From positions 89,965 to 129,964 of the forward strand of contig JARGPH010000014.1 in assembly GCA_029213065.1 (NCBI GenBank): DNA of 40,000 nt, written 5' to 3'. The position numbers and the translations under genes were made by a program. The stretch comes from Verrucomicrobiales bacterium. GTDB lineage: Bacteria; Verrucomicrobiota; Verrucomicrobiia; Verrucomicrobiales; DEV007. The notes below the pieces were generated by a model. That model searched no databases. It was not told the origin of the DNA and saw nothing but the letters and a program-made list of their open reading frames with translations. Positions 32,692 through 40,000 of the stretch are shown piece after piece. How positions within the stretch are numbered: position 1 is the first letter of the stretch; each line of letters starts with the position of its first letter.

Positions 32692-33726
32692 ATGCCGAAC
32701 TTGCGCGCATTTCTAAAGACCCAATTTGAAGCTTCGGGTGGCTCCATGTCCTTCGAGGATTTTATGGCCCTGGCGCTGTATGACCCCGAGTTCGGTTACT
32801 ACGGTGCGAACATCGATGATGTCGGGAATGGACGGGGTGACTTTGCGACGACGGCGACGCTTTCATCCGGCCTCGCGCAGGCAGTCGCGTCCTGGATTCA
32901 GGTTGAGGCCGGTCATCACGAATGGAACGGGCGTGTTTCCATTATTGAGGTCGGGCCGGGTAGTGGTGATCTCGCGGCCGGTGTTCTCAAGCAGTTCGGA
33001 TGGTGGGGGCGGCGTAAACTGGATTATCATCTCGTCGAGGTTTCGCCTGCTTTGCGGCAGCGACAGCGGAGAAGGCTCAGAGGTCGGCGCGTCAGGTGGC
33101 ACGATACGGTTCAGGAGGCACTTCGTGAAACAGGAGGCAAGGCCTTGATTTATTCGAATGAACTCTTCGACGCCTTTCCTGCGAAATGGTTGCGCGCGAC
33201 AGGGGAGCCTAAGCAGTGGGAGGAGATTTGCGTTAGCTACAATGAGACGGAAGGGCTCAGGGAATTCTGGCGTCCGCTTCCTGAAGCGATCAAGACCGCT
33301 GATTTCACGGCGATGCAGTTGGGTGGCATGAAGGCGGGGCGGCGAATCGAAATTCAGCCTTCGGTGAAAGACTGGATCAGTGAGCTGGGGGCAAACTGGA
33401 AAGCCGGTTCGATCCTCTCAGTCGACTACGGTGGCGATCCGGGCGATGTCTATGGTCGCCATTTGATGGGGACGGTTCGCGGGTATTTCAAAAACGAACG
33501 AATCACGGAAGGCCGGATCTACAGCCGGTTCGGGAAGCAGGATCTCACTGTGGACGTGAATTTCTCCGATCTCGAAAATTGGGGGGAAGGCGCAGGGATC
33601 GAGACGGTTCGCCGCGAGACCCAGCGGGAATTTCTCGAACGTCACGGGATCGTGAGTGATCCGCTCGTTGAATCGGGTGCCGCTGATGAGTTTCAGGTTT
33701 TGCATCAGCGGAAGGTAGAGGAATGA
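32692..33726 (+). CDS. SAM-dependent methyltransferase, MidA/NDUFAF7 (DUF185) family
   Basis: 344 aa. Motifs GDFATTATLSSGLAQAV, IIEVGPGSGDLA and SNELFDAFP. Confidence 0.8.
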   Translation: MPNLRAFLKTQFEASGGSMSFEDFMALALYDPEFGYYGANIDDVGNGRGDFATTATLSSGLAQAVASWIQVEAGHHEWNGRVSIIEVGPGSGDLAAGVLKQFGWWGRRKLDYHLVEVSPALRQRQRRRLRGRRVRWHDTVQEALRETGGKALIYSNELFDAFPAKWLRATGEPKQWEEICVSYNETEGLREFWRPLPEAIKTADFTAMQLGGMKAGRRIEIQPSVKDWISELGANWKAGSILSVDYGGDPGDVYGRHLMGTVRGYFKNERITEGRIYSRFGKQDLTVDVNFSDLENWGEGAGIETVRRETQREFLERHGIVSDPLVESGAADEFQVLHQRKVEE

Positions 33727-34076
33727 GCATTCATTCCCTGTGACGGTATGGAGTGGCGGTGCGATTTCGGAACGATTCTCGTTCCGCTACTCAAAAGTAG
33801 AGGAATGAGAACTCATTCCACGATCACTGGCGAGCTCACTGATCACATTGTTGCTGGACAGGTCGGGAATCGAAACTACCTTTGATTATTCCAAGGATGA
33901 AAATCTCAAAGAACAGCACCGTTTTTTCTCTCTCTCTGCTCGCTAACGAGCTGGTGCTACTGGGCTAGTCTGCCCGTTCTTCTTTCTATTTTCCCAACTC
34001 CCTGTCCCACCGTTTACGGGATCATTGTGTACCGGAGTTTGCTTTTCCACTCATTCTCAACCACTAATCAGAACTA

Positions 34077-35780
34077 ATGAAACCTGAATCCATCAAGAAA
34101 TACCGACCGTTTCCAGCGGTCGAATTGCCGGATCGCCAATGGCCGAACCGGACGATCACGAACGCACCTGTCTGGGCCAGCGTTGACCTTCGCGACGGGA
34201 ATCAGGCGCTACCGGTTCCGATGAGCGTTGAGGAAAAACTCGTCCTCTTCGATGAGTTGGTCCGAATCGGCTTCAAGCAAATCGAAGTGGGCTTCCCTTC
34301 CGCTGCGGATACCGAGTTCAACTTTTTGCGTGCGCTTGTCGAGCAGAACCGCATTCCCGACGACGTCACTGTGCAGGTGTTGGTGCAGGCGCGTGAGCAT
34401 TTGATTCGCCGCACTTTTGAAAGCCTCGAGGGAACGAAGCGGGCTATTGTCCATCTCTACAATTCCACATCGCCCTTGCAGCGTCGTGTCACCTTCGGTG
34501 ATGCGAGCAAAGAGAGTATCCGCGACATTGCAATTGCGGGAGCTGAGTTGATCAAAGAATTGGTGCCGACTTTGCCCGACACGGAGATCACCTTGCAGTA
34601 TTCGCCGGAGAGCTTTTCGGACACTGAGCCCGAATACGCCCTCGAGGTTTGCAACGCGGTCTCTGCAGTCTGGGAGCCTAACGAAGATAAAAAAATCATC
34701 TTGAATCTTCCCGCCACGGTTGAGTGGACAACTCCGAATGTGCATGCGGATCAGATTGAATGGTTTTGCCGTCACGTTGATAACCGCGAGTTTTCCATCA
34801 TCAGTTTGCATACGCACAATGACCGGGGAACCGGGACGGCGGCGACCGAGCTTGGCTTGTTGGCCGGCGCGGATCGCGTCGAGGGGACCTTGTTCGGAAA
34901 CGGCGAGCGAACCGGCAATCTCGACATCGTCACGGTGGCCTTGAATATGAACAGTCACGGGATCGACACCGGACTCGACTTTTCGGACTTGTCCGCGACC
35001 CGTCAGATTTACGAATCGGTGACCCGGCTCAATGTGCCTGAGCGTCATCCTTACGCAGGGGAGTTGGTCTTCACCGCGTTTTCGGGCAGTCACCAGGACG
35101 CGATTAAGAAAGGCTTCGATCGTCGCGTTTCCGATGTGGCGGCGGCGGGTGGCGAAGAAGTTCAGTGGGGCGTTCCCTATTTGACGATCGATCCTCAGGA
35201 TCTCGGTCGCAGTTACGAAGCGATCATTCGCATCAACAGCCAGAGCGGTAAGGGCGGCGTTGCCTATGTTCTCGATCGTGAGCACGGTTACGATCTTCCC
35301 AAGTCGATGCATCCTCAGGTCGGAAAATTTGTTTACGACAAAGCGGATGCTGCCGGTCGTGAGCTTGGTAACGACGAGATCGGCGAGCTCTTTTTCGAGC
35401 AGTTCGTCAATGTTGATGCACCGATGTCCTTGACCGGTTTTGAACTCGATCATACCAACATGAAAGTGGGGGAAGTGATTTGTCATGCTGCCGTTGAGTT
35501 GAACGGCGAGACGATCGAGGGAACTGGAAAAGGAAATGGTCCCATCAATGCCTTTGTGCATTTTCTCGACGGTGCCGGACAGAAAACCTTCAAGGTGACT
35601 GACTACCGCAGCCAGGCATTGCGCGGCGGATCGGATGCGGATTCGGCGGCCTACGTTCAGATTCAGGATGAGGAAAGTGGACAGCTTCTCTGGGGCTGCG
35701 GCGTTGACCCCTCTATCGAGATGGCTGGTTTGAAGGCCTTGATTTGTGCTTTCAATCTCAAGCAGGAAGCTGATTCATGA
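34077..35780 (+). CDS. leuA: 2-isopropylmalate synthase, long (actinobacterial-type) form
   Basis: 567 aa. N-terminal YRPFPAVELPDRQWPNRTITNAPVWASVDLRDGNQAL. Also HTHNDRGTGTA and a C-terminal regulatory domain. Confidence 0.95.
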   Translation: MKPESIKKYRPFPAVELPDRQWPNRTITNAPVWASVDLRDGNQALPVPMSVEEKLVLFDELVRIGFKQIEVGFPSAADTEFNFLRALVEQNRIPDDVTVQVLVQAREHLIRRTFESLEGTKRAIVHLYNSTSPLQRRVTFGDASKESIRDIAIAGAELIKELVPTLPDTEITLQYSPESFSDTEPEYALEVCNAVSAVWEPNEDKKIILNLPATVEWTTPNVHADQIEWFCRHVDNREFSIISLHTHNDRGTGTAATELGLLAGADRVEGTLFGNGERTGNLDIVTVALNMNSHGIDTGLDFSDLSATRQIYESVTRLNVPERHPYAGELVFTAFSGSHQDAIKKGFDRRVSDVAAAGGEEVQWGVPYLTIDPQDLGRSYEAIIRINSQSGKGGVAYVLDREHGYDLPKSMHPQVGKFVYDKADAAGRELGNDEIGELFFEQFVNVDAPMSLTGFELDHTNMKVGEVICHAAVELNGETIEGTGKGNGPINAFVHFLDGAGQKTFKVTDYRSQALRGGSDADSAAYVQIQDEESGQLLWGCGVDPSIEMAGLKALICAFNLKQEADS

Positions 35781-36442
35781 GTGATTCGATCAAAGCCGTC
35801 ATTTTTGATCTCGATGGAACTTTGTTAGACACCCTGCGGGATTTGTCTGACTCGGGGAACGAGGTGTTGCGTGCCCATGGCATGCCGACGCATTCGATGA
35901 ATGACTATCGAACCTTTATCGGGAACGGAATGATGAGTCTCGTGCAGGATATTTTTCCTCCTGAGCATCGTCCCGCCGATGGGGAGGAATCGGAAGCGAT
36001 TCTCGCCGAGTATCGCGAGGCCTACGGCCGCAACTGGAAAAACACGACCTGCATTTTTCCCGGCATGGGGGAGTTGCTCGATGAGCTGAGAACGAAGGGG
36101 ATTCCCATCGGTGTGCTATCGAACAAGGCTCACGACTTCACCCTGAAATGTGTCGAGGCCTTCCTCGCCGATTGGGAGTGGGATGTGATTCTCGGAGCTC
36201 GTGAGGGCATTGAAAGGAAGCCGGATCCGGCAGGAGCCTTCGAGGCGGCCGGCCTTGTGGGCTGCGCGCCGTCCGAGTGTGCCTACGTCGGCGATTCGGA
36301 TGTCGACATGTTCACGGCAGTGAATGCCGGGATGTTTCCTGTCGCGGTGAGCTGGGGGTTTCGCGATGAAGACGAATTGCGCGCTGCCGGAGCGGAAGTG
36401 TTTTTGGAAAAGCCGGACGAGCTGCTTCAGATCCTTGGTTGA
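35777..36442 (+). CDS. HAD-superfamily phosphatase (phosphoglycolate-phosphatase-like)
   Basis: 221 aa. Motifs FDLDGTLLDT, LSNK and GDSDVD. Its ATG overlaps the leuA stop (ATGA at 35777-35780). Confidence 0.8.
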   Translation: MSDSIKAVIFDLDGTLLDTLRDLSDSGNEVLRAHGMPTHSMNDYRTFIGNGMMSLVQDIFPPEHRPADGEESEAILAEYREAYGRNWKNTTCIFPGMGELLDELRTKGIPIGVLSNKAHDFTLKCVEAFLADWEWDVILGAREGIERKPDPAGAFEAAGLVGCAPSECAYVGDSDVDMFTAVNAGMFPVAVSWGFRDEDELRAAGAEVFLEKPDELLQILG

Positions 36443-36479
36443 GGCGAAGAGAGAGGAACCGCTCATGGTCGCTGATAAG

Positions 36480-36511
36480 CGCTGATCAGGGGCTGTGGAT
36501 TTTGATCAGCG
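36480..36511. other. 9-bp stem hairpin between convergent genes (possible bidirectional terminator, no U-tract)
   Basis: CGCTGATCA-N14-TGATCAGCG, read directly. GCTGAT(A/C)AGCG-like words recur on both sides. Confidence 0.35.
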
Positions 36512-36545
36512 AAGATTAGCGTTAATCAGCGGTCAGCCTCCTTCT

Positions 36546-37343
36546 CTAAATCTCGACCATCGCCGGGATCGCGCTCTCCAGCAGCGTGAAGAGTTCCGCC
36601 GCGGCGTCACGCCCGACTTCGATCACTTCGCCGTGACTCAACGGTGAGCCGGAGAGTCCGGCGCCGTAGTTGGTAAGGCAGGACATTCCGAGGACTCGCA
36701 TCCCGAGAGCTCTCGCCTGAATCGCTTCGGGGACGGTCGACATTCCGACGGCGTCAGCTCCGAGGGTTCGCAGCATCCGAATTTCGGCTGGAGTCTCGTA
36801 TTCGGGGCCGTTCATCCACGCGTAAACGCCTTCGTAAAGCCTCGACGATCCTGTTTCGCGACTCTCCGCCTTCATGAGTTCACGAAGCTGCGGCGAGTAG
36901 ACATGGGTCTGATCGATAAAGCGGGCTTCTCCGGTGAGGGGGGACTGACGGGTTAAATTCAGGTGATCTGACATCAGCATCCACTGGCCCGGTTTAAAAT
37001 TGGCATTCACGATCCCCGCCGCGTTGGTGAGAATGAGGGTCGACACTCCCAGCTCGTGAAAGACGCGCACACCCGTGGCAACCTCCTTCGCGGTCCAGCC
37101 TTCGTAAAGGTGGACCCGTCCCTGGGCGACAACGAGATTGACTCCGCCAATCGTTCCAAAATGCAGCTTCCCTTCGTGACCGGGGACGGTGCTCTCGGGG
37201 AGGCCTTTGATCGCGGAAAAATCGAATGACTCGTGATTCTCGAGCAGCTCGGCAAACCCTCCCAGTCCGGAACCGAGAACGAGCCCGACCTGCGGGTGGT
37301 GCTTCTTAATCGAGTTCGGAATTTCGAAAGTCGAGTCGCTCAT
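36546..37343 (-). CDS. purine nucleoside phosphorylase (trimeric PNP/PunA type)
   Basis: I chose the ATG at 37343 (MSDSTFEIPNSIKKHHPQVGLVLGSGLGGF). Further motifs: GHEGKLHFG, GRVHLYEGW, GPEYETPAE, GMSTVPE. The ORF-track start at 37565 would overlap the upstream gene. Confidence 0.88.
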   Translation of the reverse strand: MSDSTFEIPNSIKKHHPQVGLVLGSGLGGFAELLENHESFDFSAIKGLPESTVPGHEGKLHFGTIGGVNLVVAQGRVHLYEGWTAKEVATGVRVFHELGVSTLILTNAAGIVNANFKPGQWMLMSDHLNLTRQSPLTGEARFIDQTHVYSPQLRELMKAESRETGSSRLYEGVYAWMNGPEYETPAEIRMLRTLGADAVGMSTVPEAIQARALGMRVLGMSCLTNYGAGLSGSPLSHGEVIEVGRDAAAELFTLLESAIPAMVEI

Positions 37344-37347
37344 GTCG

Positions 37348-38265
37348 CTAAGATGCCCCTGAAGCGACGGCCTCGCAAATCTCCTGATGCAACAATTCGA
37401 GCTGCGGAGTGGAAACGTTGACCGATTTTGCGCGGCGGAGGGGCTCACCCCAGATGGGATCCACTTCGACGGGATTTCCGGCGAGAAAGTCGACGAGGCT
37501 GGAAGGTTGGTAAGCTCCCATCTCGCGGGTTCGCTTGATATTGGCATCGGCGAACGACTCGTCAATTTCGTGCTCGAAACCGGCCGCAGCAGCGATAATT
37601 TCCAGCATCAGCGCCCGGGCCCGGCTTTCCAGTTCTGGCGAGGAAAGGATCGCCTGCGTGTCGATGCCGCCCGCGGCGATGGCGAGACCGTTGAAGGGAA
37701 CATTCCAAACCAGCTTCCTCCAGCGCGCCAGCCCGAGGTCAGGGAGTGCTTTGCAGGGGATTCCCGCAGTGGTGAAGATCCAGGCGACCTTTTCGAGTGC
37801 TTTGGAGTCATCCCGTGCCCCCATTTCAATGAGGCCGTGGGCGATGTGGCGAATCGTTCCCGGCTCGCCGCGGTTGATGCAGACGAAGCACATCCCGCCG
37901 AGAATGGAGTGCCTTGGAAAATGTTGATGAAGGAAATCCTCGTTCCCAAGTCCGTTTTGAAGAGTGAGGAGCAGGGTCGAATCCTTGAGAAGTGGAGGAA
38001 GGATTTCCGGCAAAATCCCGTTTGCAGTCGTTTTCAGGGCGATGATGACGAGGTCGACCGGACCAATTTCCTGTGTCGATGCGAAGGCCTTTACCTCATC
38101 GAGATGAAAATCGCCGTCCGGGCTTTCAATCGTGAGACCGCGCTCCTTCACTGCTGCGAGGTCGCTTCTCATCAGAAACGAGACGTCAAAGTGACGGCTC
38201 AGGATCGCCCCATAGTAGGAGCCAACCGAGCCTGAACCCACCACTGCTATTCTGAAATCCGACAT
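37348..38265 (-). CDS. panE: 2-dehydropantoate 2-reductase (ketopantoate reductase family)
   Basis: I chose the ATG at 38265 (MSDFRIAVVGSGSVGSYYG, Rossmann). Also has IIALKTTAN and LQNGLGNEDFL. Confidence 0.8.
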   Translation of the reverse strand: MSDFRIAVVGSGSVGSYYGAILSRHFDVSFLMRSDLAAVKERGLTIESPDGDFHLDEVKAFASTQEIGPVDLVIIALKTTANGILPEILPPLLKDSTLLLTLQNGLGNEDFLHQHFPRHSILGGMCFVCINRGEPGTIRHIAHGLIEMGARDDSKALEKVAWIFTTAGIPCKALPDLGLARWRKLVWNVPFNGLAIAAGGIDTQAILSSPELESRARALMLEIIAAAAGFEHEIDESFADANIKRTREMGAYQPSSLVDFLAGNPVEVDPIWGEPLRRAKSVNVSTPQLELLHQEICEAVASGAS

Positions 38266-38308
38266 CGCACGAAGCGTAGCCGAAATAAGCCTTCCCGCAA
38301 TTTTCGAA

Positions 38309-39091
38309 GTGATTCCAAATCGCCTTTCCTTGACGATTCCTGCAGAGGCTCTTGAATGGGGCATGGCCATCGCAAACGAACTTCTCTCCGCGACCGATCA
38401 ACTCCTCGCGAAGTTGGAAGGACTTACTTTTTCTGAACCTGTCACGCATGTCTACAATCCGCTCGTCTATGCGAGAGCGTCGCATGACATTTATCTGAAG
38501 CGTTTCGCGAACTCGAAAAAGCGAGTTCTCATGATGGGGATGAATCCCGGTCCCTGGGGAATGGCGCAGACCGGCGTTCCTTTCGGTGAGATCGCATTGG
38601 TCCGCGACTGGATGGGCGTGAGCGCTGAGGTCGGCAAGCCGGAGAACGAACATCCCAAGCGCCCCATTGTCGGTTTCGATTGTGAGAAATCAGAGGTGAG
38701 CGGGAAGCGGCTCTGGGGACTTTTTTCAGAAACCTTTCCGAAGGCTGATGAGTTCTTCGCAGACAATTACGTTGTGAATTACTGCCCGCTCGTCTGGATG
38801 GAGGAGAGCGGGAGAAACCGCACCCCGGACAAATTGCAGGCTGCAGAGATGGAGCCGGTCAGTGCCGCTTGTGATGAATACGTTGCCGCACACATTCGTC
38901 TTCTTGAACCGGAGTATCTTGTCGGAGTCGGTGCTTTTGCGGAAACAGGGCTGAAGCGCATTGCTTCAGGGCTTGGTCTTGATCTTACGATCGGCCGGAT
39001 CCTTCACCCGAGCCCGGCCAGTCCGGCAGCCAATCGAGACTGGGCCGGAACGGCGACGAAGCAGTTGATCGAGCTCGGTGTTTGGAAGTAG
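38309..39091 (+). CDS. family-3 (SMUG1-type) uracil-DNA glycosylase
   Basis: Motif 1 GMNPGPWGMAQTGVPFG and motif 2 HPSPASPAANR. The start is either 38309 or the internal ATG at 38363. Confidence 0.88.
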   Translation: MIPNRLSLTIPAEALEWGMAIANELLSATDQLLAKLEGLTFSEPVTHVYNPLVYARASHDIYLKRFANSKKRVLMMGMNPGPWGMAQTGVPFGEIALVRDWMGVSAEVGKPENEHPKRPIVGFDCEKSEVSGKRLWGLFSETFPKADEFFADNYVVNYCPLVWMEESGRNRTPDKLQAAEMEPVSAACDEYVAAHIRLLEPEYLVGVGAFAETGLKRIASGLGLDLTIGRILHPSPASPAANRDWAGTATKQLIELGVWK

Positions 39092-39414
39092 AAAAAAATA
39101 TCTATATAAAATGTAATTAGTGTTTGACGCTCTTGATATCGGTAGTAAACTCATCACACACAAAATCATTTCAATGACCCCCATTTTATTCATATCGAAC
39201 TCAATTCTACTGCTGCTCAGCAGTCGGCAGAGTTGTGGCAATCCGATCAAGAGCTCGCGCTTGAGATTTGATGCGCTCGATAGTTTCGGCGGCATGCGCG
39301 ATTATTGCGCAACGACGAATCCGAATCATCAAGGGACAGAGAAGAAAGAACTCAACCAGGGGAGGGCCCCGTTCACATAGTATTGCAGCATTTAAACGCT
39401 GATGACGCGACGTG

Positions 39415-39449
39415 AACCCGCTCTCCTGCAAGGAAGCGGGTTTTTTATT
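39415..39449 (+). terminator. rho-independent terminator (plus strand)
   Basis: AACCCGCT-c-TCCT-gca-AGGA-AGCGGGTT followed by TTTTTTATT. The stem is about 10-12 bp with one bulge. Confidence 0.75.
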
Positions 39450-39550
39450 GCCCAAAATGAAGGGTGTCCGAAACAGACACCTCAGAAACTGAGAATTAAA
39501 GAAAGAGGAGTTCCCCTTGAATCGGGAGCCGAAGAAAAGAAAGAATTTAG

Positions 39551-39591
39551 AAAAAGGAAAACCCGCTGTCAGCGGCAACTGACAACGGGTT
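39551..39591 (-). terminator. rho-independent terminator (minus strand)
   Basis: The minus strand reads AACCCGTTGTCAG-TTGCCG-CTGACAGCGGGTT followed by TTCCTTTTT. The stem is 13 bp with one G-U pair. It is convergent with the plus-strand terminator about 100 nt away. Confidence 0.75.
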
Positions 39592-39946
39592 CAAAGGAAG
39601 CAAAAGACCGGTAAATTTGATCGATTGTTCGCAAACCAAAGATAAGCGATCAAACGAATCCGGTCAAGGATGGGGAGTTGTTCAACTCTTTAACCGGATG
39701 GTTGTATCTATATACAAATCTATGTTTCCTGAAAATGTATTTATTTAGAATCAGAAAAAACGAAAGGCCTTCAGGGAGGTGTGCCTGCTAAACACCGAAA
39801 CGTCCGCCGGGAAATCCTGCGGCTTCCTTTGAAAAACAAGGAAACGGTGTTCGTTCTTTTTTAATGTGATACGGGATGTCTTTTTTGACGTTTCGAAGAA
39901 GCCCGGGTTCGCCCCTTCTTCCCGCCTGAATGACTCAAATGAAAAT

Positions 39947-40000
39947 CAACAGGGTTAGTCTCCTGAGGCAACAGGGTTGGATGGTGAACTCAACAGGGTT
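39947..40000. repeat. CAACAGGGTT decamer repeated three times with exact 22-nt period (truncated by window end)
   Basis: Copies at 39947-39956, 39969-39978 and 39991-40000. The 12-nt spacers are unrelated to each other. Confidence 0.8.

Noticed and set aside
33969-34076. Classical rho-independent attenuator between the Leu-rich mini-ORF and leuA
   Set aside because: The segment is pyrimidine-rich, with only weak 4-5-bp pairings and no stem followed by a U-tract. The attenuation model therefore remains a hypothesis only (see the finding).
34209-35561. A 450-aa ORF antisense to leuA
   Set aside because: It is codon-aligned with leuA: both start coordinates are 0 mod 3. Antisense stops would therefore require the sense codons TTA, CTA or TCA, which this gene avoids. 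The translation is low-complexity and Arg/Gly/His-rich with no recognisable motif. It is a shadow ORF.
39460-39535. TPP (THI-box) riboswitch-like words: GGGTG...CTGAGA...CCCCTTGAA
   Set aside because: Only the left half loosely matches. The pyrophosphate-sensing half (…CTGATCTGGATAATGCCAGCGTAGGGA) is absent. The spacing is too long, and no downstream gene follows; a minus-strand terminator comes next.
39895-39921. tRNA-like T-arm (GAAGAAG-cccGGGTTCGccc-CTTCTTC)
   Set aside because: It contains a GGTTCG word but has no acceptor, D or anticodon arms around it. I found no tRNA cloverleaf anywhere in the window.
1-40000. Defence island, prophage, integron, toxin-antitoxin pair, secondary-metabolite cluster, rRNA/tRNA genes
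   Set aside because: I scanned all ORFs and spacers. Every ORF over 140 aa has an ordinary metabolic, transport or housekeeping assignment, or is a shadow ORF. No integrase, recombinase (other than the Y1 transposase), nuclease/NTPase defence pair, phage structural gene or att-like tRNA junction was seen.

Overview
This is a 40-kb chromosomal window of mid-range GC, densely coded with about 38 protein genes. I found no rRNA, tRNA or CRISPR array. All calls come from reading motifs by eye; no database search was run.

Likely source (inference only): a marine member of the PVC superphylum, probably Verrucomicrobiota-like. The clues are Pirellula/Verrucomicrobium-type dehydrogenase/HEAT/cytochrome c fusions, several CxxCH multi-heme proteins, a sulfatase, an OprB porin and a SMUG1-type UDG.

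Layout:
- 1-12.4 kb: one co-directional minus-strand sugar/polyol block. It holds a partial GH-like protein, the dehydrogenase-cytochrome fusion, an OprB porin, a mannitol-2-dehydrogenase family enzyme, a CUT2 ABC transporter and a PfkB fructokinase. A divergent GntR-HTH/LacI-type regulator follows.
- 12.4-29.1 kb: sulfatase, a HAD / LplT-like MFS / Aas-like block, rplU-rpmA, trmL, a tandem AP2-domain protein, an orphan ABC ATPase, a pentaheme cytochrome, rnhA, a metallophosphoesterase, an acyP / ABC-2 exporter / unknown-protein operon, and LOG-thyA-folA.
- 29.1-30.2 kb: a REPtron-like locus. An IS200-like Y1 transposase sits between inverted copies of an 88-nt triple-hairpin repeat. A third copy and two microsatellites are also present.
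- 30.2-40 kb: an octaheme cytochrome-HEAT/TPR fusion, midA, leuA with a 350-nt leader, a HAD phosphatase, PNP, panE, a SMUG1-type UDG, and a 0.9-kb AT-rich non-coding tail with two convergent intrinsic terminators. A 22-bp-periodic repeat is cut by the window edge.

I could not demonstrate a clear novel multi-gene system: no defence island, prophage, integron or toxin-antitoxin pair. The least explained content is:
1. the REPtron-like locus and its composite repeat;
2. the non-coding tail with candidate small transcription units;
3. the AP2 protein with a perfect 18-bp palindrome upstream;
4. an Aas-like protein whose adenylate-forming domain appears to lack all core catalytic motifs.
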